From: Eledone cirrhosa | Lineage: Eukaryota | DNA: 64,000 nt | Reading direction: 5' to 3' | NCBI GenBank assembly: GCA_964016885.1 | Contig: OZ024740.1 | Coordinates: forward strand, 64,728,001 to 64,792,000 | Shown: in pieces, positions 13,995-26,650 of the stretch | How positions within the stretch are numbered: the first letter of the stretch is position 1 | Layout of the letters: each line of letters starts with the position of its first letter | Translations under genes and position numbers: made by a program | The notes under the pieces: model-generated | The model's input: only the letters and a program-made list of their open reading frames with translations | Told to the model about the DNA's origin: nothing | Databases searched by the model: none

Positions 13995-16092
13995 TAATCC
14001 TCCTAGTAAAAATCACGATACAACCTATAAAAATAATAAAAATAATAAACAACATAGAAACCGTAATAGACGGGTTACTTGGTATAATGCTCCATTTAAT
14101 TTACAAATTAAGGATAATATTGCTAAAAAATTTTTTTATATCCTAGAGAAAAACTTCCCGCCAAACCACAAATACCATCAAATCTTAAATAGGTCTACAG
14201 TTAAATTCTCATACTCTACAACAAATAACATAAAACAAAATATAAGTGCCTATAATGCATATAAATGTAAGAAAACCATAAGTATACCACCAGTACATCA
14301 AATTAACCATAATATCTCCTCAAATACAGAATTAACGAAAGGATGTAACTGTAGAAACAAAGCAAACTGCCCATTAAAAGGGAATTGTCTTGTTAACAAC
14401 ATAGTCTATAAATGTAATGTTAAAACTAAAGATTCTATTTCCTCATATATAGGAGCTACCTCTAACAATTTTAAGACAAGGTTTAATACCCACAAGCATA
14501 GTTTTAAAAATGCCGCACTGGCTAATACAACATCTCTAGCAGAAAAAATCAATAGTTATAAAAATAAGAATATAGAATATGATTTGACCTGGAGTGTGCT
14601 CAAAAGAGCCACCCCTTATCAAAATAATAGAAATGAATGTAGATTATGTTCCCAAGAACTATTTGAAATAATGAAATCTAAGGATATCTTATTAAATAAA
14701 CGACAGGAATTAATTATATCGTGTAATCATAAACTAAAAAAAACATTTAAATATTATAAACCTAATTAATAACATTATTTTAGAAATTAATTTAATTTAA
14801 ATGTTGGTTAACCTATAAATTTAATTTAATTAAAATTTTATTACAGATGAGAATATAAAATATTATGTAATCATAAATTGTGAAAAACCTTTAAATATTA
14901 CTAATATATACTTAGTAATTTAATTTATAGATTAATTTTAATTTATTTAAACCTTTTATTATAATTCTTTTACAGATAAAATATAACAAAATATCGTGTA
15001 TCCAATGACAGAGAAATAATTTTTAGTATTATAGACCTAATTAATATACATTTTAGAAATATATTTATAATTTGGTTTTAATTTTAATCAACCTAAAAAT
15101 TTAATTTAATTTGCTTAAAATTAGTATCCTTATACAGACGAATTGCAGAATGTCATGTAATCATAGAATGGGATGTGTTTTGGATATATACCTAGTTAAT
15201 ATATTCTATGCAATTTTTTGAAAAAAATATGTATATGTATATGTGTATGTGTATGTGTGTGTGTGTGTATATGTGTATATATGTATATATATATGTGTAT
15301 ATATATGTATATATGTATGTGTATGTATATGTATATGTATATGTATTAATTTTGATTTCTATTTGCATATAATTATATTCTGCTATTGATAAAATACAAT
15401 ATCTGTTTTATTTATTATATACCTAATTAACATATACTATAGAAATAAATATATAATTTTTAATTTAGTTAACCTATAATTTATATTCTACTACCGATGT
15501 AATACTTTATTTGTTTTTTCCCTATTACTAAATTCATTTCCTAATATTGATACCATAACGTTATTAACTTTAATTTAGTTATACTATAATTAATACTCTA
15601 CTACTATTTAACTTCAAAATTCTGCTTCAAATATTATAAACCTAATTAATTTACACCTTAGAAATCAATATGTTAACTATCTTTAGTTTAGTTAACATAT
15701 AATTAATGGTATACTTATTTATTTTGAAATGCATAAATTTTGCCTTATTTCTTGTTTATTGTATTTCCTAACACTGAAACTATGTAAAAACATACATTGG
15801 ATCCAGATACGGATAATATTCTATGTTTCTTGAAACATATATTTACTATAATCCCCTTCTCCACCCCCCCCCCCTTTCCCCCATACTATTATCATCTGTG
15901 TTTGTAAGCGTGTATGTATGAATATATATGTAGGTAGGTGTATATATGTTTGGGTATTTATATCTGAATATAAAAATACATATATGCGCATGCAAATATG
16001 AATGTAAGATTGTGCGTGTATATATGTGTGTGTGTATGTATGTGTATATGTGTATATATGCATGTGTATATGTGTGTGTATGTGTATGTGTG

Positions 16093-16159
<67 letters not shown>

Positions 16160-16355
16160 ATGTATGTATGTATATGTGTGTGTGTATATATATGTATGTC
16201 TCTCTATTTATATGTCTATCTTCGTATCTATGTGGATATATGTGTGTGTGTGCATGTATACACATATATGTGTTTATGTGTATATGTGTGTATGTGTATA
16301 TATGTGTGTGTGCACACACATATATATGTGAGTGTGTATATGTGTCTGTGTATAT

Positions 16356-16395
<40 letters not shown>

Positions 16396-16421
16396 CTATG
16401 TGTGTATATATGTCTATATTC

Positions 16422-16481
<60 letters not shown>

Positions 16482-16704
16482 TATTTATTATTATAATATA
16501 ACTTATGTGTATGTGTGTATATGTGAGGGTGTGTATATGTATATAATATGTGTATATATATGTGTAAAAAAATATATATGTGCATGTCTGTTTTTTATGT
16601 GTGTGTATATATATATATATATGTGTGTATATATATGTATATGTGGGTGTTTGTATGTGTATTTATGGTGGTATGTGTGTGTGGGTATATATATATATAT
16701 AAGT

Positions 16705-16738
<34 letters not shown>

Positions 16739-17069
16739 GTGTATATATATCTCTATTAATGCGTGTATATATGTATATGTATATGCCTTTTTCTTTGTAT
16801 GTCTGAGTTGGGTGAGGGTGTAGTGGTGTTTCTATGTATATACGCATATATGGATGCGTATGTATTTGTATATATGAGTATATGTAAGTGCATATGTATG
16901 TATGATTATATATCTAATTCTATGTATGAATATATATGTGTGTATGTAAGTTGTGTGTGTATGTATGTATATGTCTATGTGTGTATATATATATGTATGT
17001 ATGTGTGTGTATGTATCTATGTATGTGTATGTATGTACATATATGTGTATGTATGTGTGTATGTATATG

Positions 17070-17130
<61 letters not shown>

Positions 17131-17343
17131 TTATTATTTATTTTTTATATATATATGTGTGTGTGTGTATGTGTGTGTGTGTGTGTATATATATCTTTAT
17201 ATATGTGTATGTGTATGTTCGTGTAGGTGTATGTGTGTGTATGACTTTATATGTATGTGTGTATGTGTGTATGTGTATATATATCTATGTGTGTGTACAT
17301 GTATGTATGTGTATGTATGTATATGTGTGTGTATGTGTATATG

Positions 17344-17379
<36 letters not shown>

Positions 17380-17703
17380 TATGTGTATATATATATATAT
17401 ATATATCTATATGTTTTTCTATTTGTATATGTATATGTGTATAGGTATATACCTTTTTCTTTGTATGTCTGAGTTGTGTGATAGTGTAGTGGTGTTTGTA
17501 TGTATATACCGATATATAGATGCGTAAGTATTTGTCTGTATGTATGTATGTATGTCTGTATGTATTTGTGTGTATATATAGCTATGTATGTGTATATCTG
17601 TATGTATATAAGTATGTAAGTGTATGTTTATGTGCGTGTATGTGTGTATATATATGTGTGTCTATATAGTATGTGTGATTATATGTGTATGTATGTGTGT
17701 ATG

Positions 17704-17754
<51 letters not shown>

Positions 17755-17900
17755 ATTTATATGTATGTGTGTATATGTATGTATGTGTGTATATGTATAT
17801 GTTTATATATGTGTGTGTATGTATGTTCTTAGTGTGGATGTGTGTATATGTGTGTATGTGTTTGTATATGTGTATATATATGTATGTGTGTATGTGTGTG

Positions 17901-17931
<31 letters not shown>

Positions 17932-18912
17932 TTTCTTGATATATTTCTTTTTTCTTTTTTCTTTTTCTATTCTTTCCTTTTTAATGTTTATTTATTATTT
18001 ATTATTTTTTATTTTCTTAGTTTATAGATACATCTATATTAAGCAGTCTGCCCAGACCGTTGAATACTGACCTCTCCCCCCCTCCCACCTAATTTCTGTA
18101 TCTTGATCTAAATGTGTGTGCCAGTGTTTATGTGAGTGAATTAATATCCATGTGCTTATGATTTTATATCCACATATATATATGTGAGTGGGGGTGTGTG
18201 TGTGTTTGTATGTTCGTGGTTATGTGTATATTTATGCATATACGCGCGTGTGTGTGTGATTGTACGGATATATGTGAGTATGAAAATATATCTATACACT
18301 TATTTCATATTTGTGTGTCTATACGCATCTTATCTGTGCATTATAAACTTACAGAGACATTAACCTTGAAATTTTGTATTTGCATCCATCCTTTTAGTAT
18401 GCGTATACAAGTTATGCATACATTTTTGTAAAATATGTGTAAGGGTAGTTACATGTATATACACACACCGAACTGCATTAAACCTTTTGTATTTTCATTG
18501 GTCAATTTTGTTCCCAAACGGACCTGAAATTTTGAATTGTTGTTATTATCAATAAATATACTTCATTATTTCTGAAGACGGCGTATATATGTGTTGGTAT
18601 GTATATTTAATCTTGATAGTTTGTATAATTTTGTATAATTTTGTACATAGATCTGTTGAATATGCATGCCAATTCTAACACATATATATCCTAGAAACGA
18701 TCGTTAAATAATGAACTTTTTTTGTTTAATATAAGGAACTGTCTCATTGTTTATTCATTATTTGTTTAATATTTTATCTTGACTCTGTATACCGTTTATC
18801 TTTCACCGAAAGTGATTTTTCATTACATCTCTTCTTTCCATGATATCCGGAATACATTGAGTTCTTCATACGGATTGGACACTACCGTAAACTCTTGGTA
18901 GATTTATCTACA
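13990..18912 (+). mobile_element. 5'-truncated upstream tandem copy of Hydra-like PLE (GIY-YIG part + 3' UTR + pLTR)
   Basis: 13993 aligns with 20731 and stop 14769 with stop 21507 (offset 6738); the copies are nearly identical. Confidence 0.93.
18562..18715 (+). ncRNA. Type I hammerhead motif with ~115-nt stem II, upstream of the PLE ORF
   Basis: UUCAUUAUUU/AAAUAAUGAA is a perfect 10-bp stem I. CUGAAGA at 18572, GAAA at 18694, palindromic stem III CGAUCG, GUU cleavage triplet ending at 18705. Confidence 0.75.
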
Positions 18913-21900
18913 TAATTTTGCTCCTATTTTCACGGAAATATTCGTATTTTTGTACTGTATGTGTGTATTAATGTTATATTTATGTATATACATATATATG
19001 TATGATTTTATAAACCCATATACATTTAGTTGAGCTCTTTCAATTGTCCATCATCCATATCACAATGGAAAAACAATATTTAGGAACCTCTTTTAAAAAA
19101 CATACCAATACCTTCTAAGGATGACTTCTTACTCCTTATGATTAAAAAAACTAATAATTTTATCAGAAGGGTTAGATGGAGAGCCTACCACTTCGATAGA
19201 AAATCTAAACAAGCAGATCGGAAATATATGTATGATTTCAATACTTACAAGAATCCACCACACAACTTTTTACTTGAAGACTTCGAGAAAGACCTTTTTA
19301 ATTTAATTAAACACCTCAAATTTAAAAAGTATAAATCCGTCTTTCAAAAGGACCTTGATTCTACCCTATTGGACCTAAAAAAGTCTAAAAAAATCCATGT
19401 CCACTCGGACAAAACTGGTAACTTGTATCATATGGATATTGAACATTATAACGAGTTCATATATAAAGAACTCAGAAAAAATTATAAAAAATCTAATAAT
19501 GCGTCACTCACCAACATCAACAACAAAACACACAACATAGTAAAAAAACTAAACATTGAAGATAGAACTGAACCTTTGGCATTGAAAAGACCACACTTCA
19601 ACCTGAAGGATCATAAATCAAACTTTAACTCAAATCCTTCTATTAGACTTATATGTCCCTCCAAATCAGATATTGGAATAATTAGCAAAAAAATTTTAGA
19701 TAGAGTCATCCCACAAATAAGAAAACACGTTATTTTACCACTCTGGGAAAACACCTCCCAGGTAATTAACTGGTTTAAAAATATTAGATGTAAATCTTCT
19801 GCTTCATTTCTACAATTTGATATAGATAATTACTATTCTTCTATATCACCTATACTCCTGAACAAAGCATTGATATTTGCTAAAAATAGATCTAACTTAA
19901 CTTTGGATGACATTAATATTATTACACATGCTAGACTAACACTTATTGAATTTCAGAATGAATACTGGACCAGAAACACATATAGTAATCTATTTGATAT
20001 TACTATGGGTTCAAGCGATTCCGCCCAAATTACTGATCTTGTGGGCCTCTTTATCCTTTTCAACATAAATGCCTCTTTTCCCCACCTCAAAGGTGGTTTA
20101 TATCGTGATGACTGTCTTCTTCTTTCTAACAACCTTAGCCTTTCAGAAATTGAAAAAAACAAAAAACATATTAGAACTTTCCTTAAAGACTATTATAATC
20201 TTAATATTACTTTTGAAAAAACAAGTAAAGTAGTAAATTTCCTAGATATAACTTTAGATTTAGCTACGGGTATCTACCAACCTTACCATAAACCTAACCA
20301 AAACTTACATTACATACACTCACAATCTAATCACCCTAAATCTATCCTTAAAAACCTTGCATATAATATATCACTTAGAATTTCTAACCTTTCTTCTAAC
20401 CAAGATGTATTTGATAAAAATGCGACCTTCTATAACGAAGCTCTAGATAGAAGTGGCCACAAAAATAGATTAGAATATATACCTTCTACTAAAAATACTG
20501 AAAGCATACAACCTAATATTACCAACAAACACCAAATGAAAAGTACACACCTAAATGCCACCCACACTATACCCCAAAATACCAAATCTTCTAATATAAA
20601 GTATAGTAACTCTCAAAAAACTACTCATCATACAACTCTAATAAATATTAATAATAAAACTCCTAATAAAAAGGATAAAACACCTAAATCTACAAATATA
20701 ACTAAAAATGGTTGTGGTGAGATCATTAACATTAATCCTCCTAGTAAAAATCACGATACAACCTATAAAAATAATAAAAATAATAAACAACATAGAAACC
20801 GTAATAGACGGGTTACTTGGTATAATGCTCCATTTAATTTACAAATTAATGATAATATTGCTAAAAAATTTTTTTATATCCTAGAGAAAAACTTCCCGCC
20901 AAACCACAAATACCATCAAATCTTAAATAGGTCTACAGTTAAATTCTCATACTCTACAACAAATAACATAAAACAAAATATAAGTGCCTATAATGCATAT
21001 AAATGTAAGAAAACCATAAGTATACCACCAGTACATCAAATTAACCATAATATCTCCTCAAATACAGAATTAACGAAAGGATGTAACTGTAGAAACAAAG
21101 CAAACTGCCCATTAAAAGGGAATTGTCTTGTTAACAACATAGTCTATAAATGTAATGTTAAAACTAAAGATTCTATTTCCTCATATATAGGAGCTACCTC
21201 TAACAATTTTAAGACAAGGTTTAATACCCACAAGCATAGTTTTAAAAATGCCGCACTGGCTAATACAACATCTCTAGCAGAAAAAATCAATAGTTATAAA
21301 AATAAGAATATAGAATATGATTTGACCTGGAGTGTGCTCAAAAGAGCCACCCCTTATCAAAATAATAGAAATGAATGTAGATTATGTTCCCAAGAACTAT
21401 TTGAAATAATGAAATCTAAGGATATCTTATTAAATAAACGACAGGAATTAATTATATCGTGTAATCATAAACTAAAAAAAACATTTAAATATTATAAACC
21501 TAATTAATAACATTATTTTAGAAATTAATTTAATTTAAATGTTGGTTAACCTATAAATTTAATTTAATTAAAATTTTATTACAGATGAGAATATAAAATA
21601 TTATGTAATCATAAATTGTGAAAAACCTTTAAATATTACTAATATATACTTAGTAATTTAATTTATAGATTAATTTTAATTTATTTAAACCTTTTATTAT
21701 AATTCTTTTACAGATAAAATATAACAAAATATCGTGTATCCAATGACAGAGAAATAATTTTTAGTATTATAGACCTAATTAATATACATTTTAGAAATAT
21801 ATTTATAATTTGGTTTTAATTTTAATCAACCTAAAAATTTAATTTAATTTGCTTAAAATTAGTATCCTTATACAGACGAATTGCAGAATGTCATGTAATC

Positions 21901-22905
21901 ATAGAATGGGATGTGTTTTGGATATATACCTAGTTAATATATTCTATGCAATTTTTTGAAAAAAATATGTATATGTATATGTGTATGTGTATGTGTGTGT
22001 GTGTGTATATGTGTATATATGTATATATATATGTGTATATATATGTATATATGTATGTGTATGTATATGTATATGTATATGTATTAATTTTGATTTCTAT
22101 TTGCATATAATTATATTCTGCTATTGATAAAATACAATATCTGTTTTATTTATTATATACCTAATTAACATATACTATAGAAATAAATATATAATTTTTA
22201 ATTTAGTTAACCTATAATTTATATTCTACTACCGATGTAATACTTTATTTGTTTTTTCCCTATTACTAAATTCATTTCCTAATATTGATACCATAACGTT
22301 ATTAACTTTAATTTAGTTATACTATAATTAATACTCTACTACTATTTAACTTCAAAATTCTGCTTCAAATATTATAAACCTAACTAATTTACACCTTAGA
22401 AATCAATATGTTAACTATCTTAAGTTTAGTTAACATATAATTAATGGTATACTTATTTATTTTGAAATGCATAAATTTTGCCTTATTTCTTGTTTATTGT
22501 ATTTCCTAACACTGAAACTATGTAAAAACATACATTGGATCCAGATACGGATAATATTCTATGTTTCTTGAAACATATATTTACTATAATCCCCTTCTCC
22601 AACCCCCCCCCCCTTTCCCCCATACTATTATCATCTGTGTTTGTAAACATATATTTACTATAATCCCCTTCTCCAACCCCCCCCCCCTTTCCCCCATACT
22701 ATTATCATCTGTGTTTGTAAGCGTGTATGTATGAATATATATGTAGGTAGGTGTATATATGTTTGGGTATTTATATCTGAATATAAAAATACATATATGC
22801 GCATGCAAATATGAATGTAAGATTGTGTGTGTATATATGTGTGTGTGTATGTATGTGTATATGTGTATATATGCATGTGTATATGTGTGTGTATGTGTAT
22901 GTGTG

Positions 22906-22958
<53 letters not shown>

Positions 22959-23154
22959 ATGTATGTATGTATATGTGTGTGTGTATATATATGTATGTCT
23001 CTCTATTTATATGTCTATCTTCGTATCTATGTGGATATATGTGTGTGTGTGCATGTATACACATATATGTGTTTATGTGTATATGTGTGTATGTGTATAT
23101 ATGTGTGTGTGCACACACATATATATGTGAGTGTGTATATGTGTCTGTGTATAT

Positions 23155-23200
<46 letters not shown>

Positions 23201-23226
23201 CTATGTGTGTATATATGTCTATATTC

Positions 23227-23274
<48 letters not shown>

Positions 23275-23497
23275 TATTTATTATTATAATATAACTTATG
23301 TGTATGTGTGTATATGTGAGGGTGTGTATATGTATATAATATGTGTATATATATGTGTAAAAAAATATATATGTGCATGTCTGTTTTTTATGTGTGTGTA
23401 TATATATATATATATGTGTGTATATATATGTATATGTGGGTGTTTGTATGTGTATTTATGGTGGTATGTGTGTGTGGGTATATATATATATATAAGT

Positions 23498-23531
<34 letters not shown>

Positions 23532-23862
23532 GTGTATATATATCTCTATTAATGCGTGTATATATGTATATGTATATGCCTTTTTCTTTGTATGTCTGAG
23601 TTGGGTGAGGGTGTAGTGGTGTTTCTATGTATATACGCATATATGGATGCGTATGTATTTGTATATATGAGTATATGTAAGTGCATATGTATGTATGATT
23701 ATATATCTAATTCTATGTATGAATATATATGTGTGTATGTAAGTTGTGTGTGTATGTATGTATATGTCTATGTGTGTATATATATATGTATGTATGTGTG
23801 TGTATGTATCTATGTATGTGTATGTATGTACATATATGTGTATGTATGTGTGTATGTATATG

Positions 23863-23917
<55 letters not shown>

Positions 23918-24029
23918 TTATTATTTATTTTTTTTATATATATGTGTGTGTGTGTATGTGTGTGTGTGTGTGTATATATATCTTTATATATGTGTATGTG
24001 TATGTTCGTGTAGGTGTATGTGTGTGTAT

Positions 24030-24035
<6 letters not shown>
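18913..24035 (+). mobile_element. Downstream full-ORF copy of the Hydra-like PLE, ending in (TA)n
   Basis: 21508-24035 duplicates 14770-17250, including the compound microsatellites. Confidence 0.92.
19138..21507 (+). CDS. Penelope-like element RT-GIY-YIG protein (Hydra-clade-like), 789 aa open frame
   Basis: RVRWRA, SDKT, LKDHK, IRLICP, QFDIDNYY (A), TMGS (B'), LYRDD (C), NFLDITLD, YHKPN, SNHP, then CNCRNKANCPL, NIVYKC..YIGAT..FKTRFNTH, CRLC and CNH. The probable true start is the ATG at 19065, with a 1-nt indel in TTTTAAAAAA at 19091-19100. Confidence 0.95.
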   Translation: MIKKTNNFIRRVRWRAYHFDRKSKQADRKYMYDFNTYKNPPHNFLLEDFEKDLFNLIKHLKFKKYKSVFQKDLDSTLLDLKKSKKIHVHSDKTGNLYHMDIEHYNEFIYKELRKNYKKSNNASLTNINNKTHNIVKKLNIEDRTEPLALKRPHFNLKDHKSNFNSNPSIRLICPSKSDIGIISKKILDRVIPQIRKHVILPLWENTSQVINWFKNIRCKSSASFLQFDIDNYYSSISPILLNKALIFAKNRSNLTLDDINIITHARLTLIEFQNEYWTRNTYSNLFDITMGSSDSAQITDLVGLFILFNINASFPHLKGGLYRDDCLLLSNNLSLSEIEKNKKHIRTFLKDYYNLNITFEKTSKVVNFLDITLDLATGIYQPYHKPNQNLHYIHSQSNHPKSILKNLAYNISLRISNLSSNQDVFDKNATFYNEALDRSGHKNRLEYIPSTKNTESIQPNITNKHQMKSTHLNATHTIPQNTKSSNIKYSNSQKTTHHTTLININNKTPNKKDKTPKSTNITKNGCGEIININPPSKNHDTTYKNNKNNKQHRNRNRRVTWYNAPFNLQINDNIAKKFFYILEKNFPPNHKYHQILNRSTVKFSYSTTNNIKQNISAYNAYKCKKTISIPPVHQINHNISSNTELTKGCNCRNKANCPLKGNCLVNNIVYKCNVKTKDSISSYIGATSNNFKTRFNTHKHSFKNAALANTTSLAEKINSYKNKNIEYDLTWSVLKRATPYQNNRNECRLCSQELFEIMKSKDILLNKRQELIISCNHKLKKTFKYYKPN

Positions 24036-24081
<46 letters not shown>

Positions 24082-24712
24082 CAATACAGATACATTAAGT
24101 GTGTGTAAATATATATGAACGGTTTCCGCATTTATAGTATAATCTAACACTATACAACATACATATATCTATACCTCCGCACCTACCTCCCTCATACATA
24201 CATCTATATACGCATTTCGTTTTTATAGACTGTATTAGTGTATATCTGTTTACTAGATTATGTTTACAAACACTACTATCTATACACGCCATATATCATT
24301 GGGGAATGATATCTATACGTTATGACAGTATTGTTTATAATGATAAATATTAAGTCTGATAATTGGACTATTCAACAACGATAATCCATTAGAAAAGAAA
24401 TCACAATAAACAAAACATCTAATAAAATCTAGAAAATCATATTTATTTGAAACCCTAAGATAAGAATAAACGCAGCCATAAATTTATTGACTAGACATAC
24501 AAAATAAGATGATAGGAATTGTGACCACATACATAGAACCAACTTATAATATGCTGCATTCAAAATTTATTTAAAAAACGCGTTGCGTATTGATAATTTG
24601 ATTAATTTCAATGTAAATTTGATTTACAAGTCAAGTCAAAGTATAATCCTAAAACACGCACTACACCATATATATATACATACAGTATATTGTCAAACAT
24701 ACTATACATACA

Positions 24713-24755
<43 letters not shown>

Positions 24756-24861
24756 CCGGGGTTCTAACAGGGGTAACCACAGTAAGTAAGGTACTTAATA
24801 TATAGCCATTTCTATATTAAATATATGTATATATATACATTTATATATATATATATATATA

Positions 24862-25053
24862 TATAACGAAGGAAATGTGGTAAGGAACCAGGTGGACCAT
24901 AACGCACCAAAGTACTCAATACTTAGGGTAGTAGAGTGGGTAATAGGAACAAGTAAGACCCCGACGGCTGAGCTCAAGCCGTTTCGACGGCTAATTCTGG
25001 ACTGAATTAGCCGTTGAAACGGCTTGAGCTCAGCCGTCGGGGTCTTACTTGTT

Positions 25054-25058
<5 letters not shown>
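24862..25058 (-). repeat. Family X copy with 55-bp fold-back hairpin
   Basis: Arms 24943-24997 and 25004-25058 are inverted (1 mismatch); spacer TGGACT. Confidence 0.85.
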
Positions 25059-25131
<73 letters not shown>

Positions 25132-25138
<7 letters not shown>

Positions 25139-25255
25139 ATACAGTTTAAAGTTTAAGCAAATAATCTCTGCTTTCAACCTGAACGGGATATTCTGAGACT
25201 GCGAAAAATCAATCTGTAGATTGCTTAAACTTTAATCTGTACTTATAATAAATAT
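25132..25255 (-). repeat. Diverged fragment of the CAGAAGA-hammerhead family (cf. 60786-62851)
   Basis: TTAAAGTTTAAGCAAATAATCTCTGCTTTCAACCTGAACGGGATATTCTGAGACT aligns with 60802-60856; it also has short inverted ends. Confidence 0.7.
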
Positions 25256-25329
25256 TTGGCCTACACGTTTATATATATTTTTATATATATACAATCCTTA
25301 TCAAGTACTCTTCCGATTTTGGTCTTTAT

Positions 25330-25625
25330 ATATTGTTATATTTGGGGAGGGTCAGATTGTTGTAATACTATTGCCAGAATTATACCAGAACACACTCACT
25401 GTTTGATTGGTTTTCGCTTCTGCATCTTTTATATCTCCACAGTTAATTCATTTAGCCATCAATGTTTACCACTGACTGACCAACGGTCAAAATACAGATA
25501 TAAATATATGTATATAGTCTAACAAAGTTCTTCCGTTGCAACATCATCAGTGGTATTATTATCATGTTCCCTCCTATTGTGTTGTGTTTACACCATTTTA
25601 TTTTCAAAATATTTTGAACTTTGTT

Positions 25626-25700
<75 letters not shown>

Positions 25701-25915
25701 TTGTATTTGTGACCGTTGGTCAGTTAGTGATAAACATTGATGGCCAAATGAATTAACTGTGGAGATATAAAAGATGCAGAAGCGAAAACGAACCAAACAG
25801 TGAGTGTGTTCTGTTATTATTTCTGGCAATAGTATTACAACAATATGACCCTCCCCAAATATAACAATATTTGTTTCGACACACGATTTCATATCAAAAA
25901 CCTCGCAAAACATAT
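25330..25915. mobile_element. Inverted pLTR pair + ORF start of a PLE related to the 8191-12420 element
   Basis: 25330-25530 is inverted against 25616-25870. The ATG at 25845 reads MTLPKYNNICFDTRFHIKNLAKHI, versus MTLPKFNNIGFNTRFQINNLAKQI at 12292. A degenerate CUGAUGA motif lies on the minus strand at ~25517-25553. Confidence 0.82.
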
Positions 25916-26289
25916 ATATATATATGTGTGTGTGTGTATAGAAATCCATGTATTACTAAAGAGCGTGAGAATTAGAATTGAATAGTGTTTAAATATTAAT
26001 TTGTCATGGCTTGTTACTCTGGAATGTCCCCTAATCAGCAGACAATGTATATATATAGGCACTGCGGATTCAATTCATTCATATTGAAACTCTTTATGGA
26101 TTTCTAAATGAAAGAAGGTCTGCATATACAAATATAAATACAATAGTTTGAGACTTCTATTAATAATTTGTAACATAGGTAAACTGTCACAGATTTATGG
26201 GGAGGTATTGAATTTAATTGATTCCGAAAAGACGATGGAAGAACGGTAAAGTAGTATTGCAATTCTGATTACAAAGAAATAATTAATAA

Positions 26290-26469
26290 TTGTTTCTACT
26301 TTAGGCACAAGACCAGCAATTACCCAGTGCATTACTGGTACTTTATTTTATCGACCCCGTAAGGATGAAAGGCAAAGTCAACCTCGGCGGGATTTGAACT
26401 CAGATCGTAAAGGGACGTATCTATGCTGGAAAGCATGGCGTCCGACCCTCTACCGATACTGCCAATCCA
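26290..26469 (-). mobile_element. tRNA-derived SINE (octopod-type)
   Basis: A-box-like TGGCAGTATCGG, B-box GAGTTCAAATCC, central GCCTTTCATCCTTACGGGGTCGATAAAATAAAGTACCAG; several copies in the window. Confidence 0.88.
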
Positions 26470-26499
26470 ATAATTAACAATTATGGCGTCTAATGTAGT

Positions 26500-26650
26500 A
26501 ATAAGGTCTGACATTTGGACAGGAAAGGAAAGGTCGGTCGAAACCATGTCAGAAATTGACTGGTAATTTATTCTATCTCTAAATGATAGAAAGGGAAGTT
26601 GACCTCATTGGGATTTCATCTCTGACCGTATGGGACTGAATAATAATACG
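26500..26650 (-). mobile_element. Degenerate SINE copy
   Basis: Diverged match (CTGGTAATTTATTCTATC..AAAGGGAAGTTGACCTCATTGGGATTTCA). Confidence 0.55.

Noticed and set aside
24190-24330. Hammerhead on the minus strand (GAAA-UGCGUA-UA)
   Set aside because: No CUGANGA with a matching stem I upstream; at best a decayed relic.
26290-26469. tRNA gene
   Set aside because: A/B boxes are present, but there is no cloverleaf and the head is followed by a SINE body; multiple dispersed copies.
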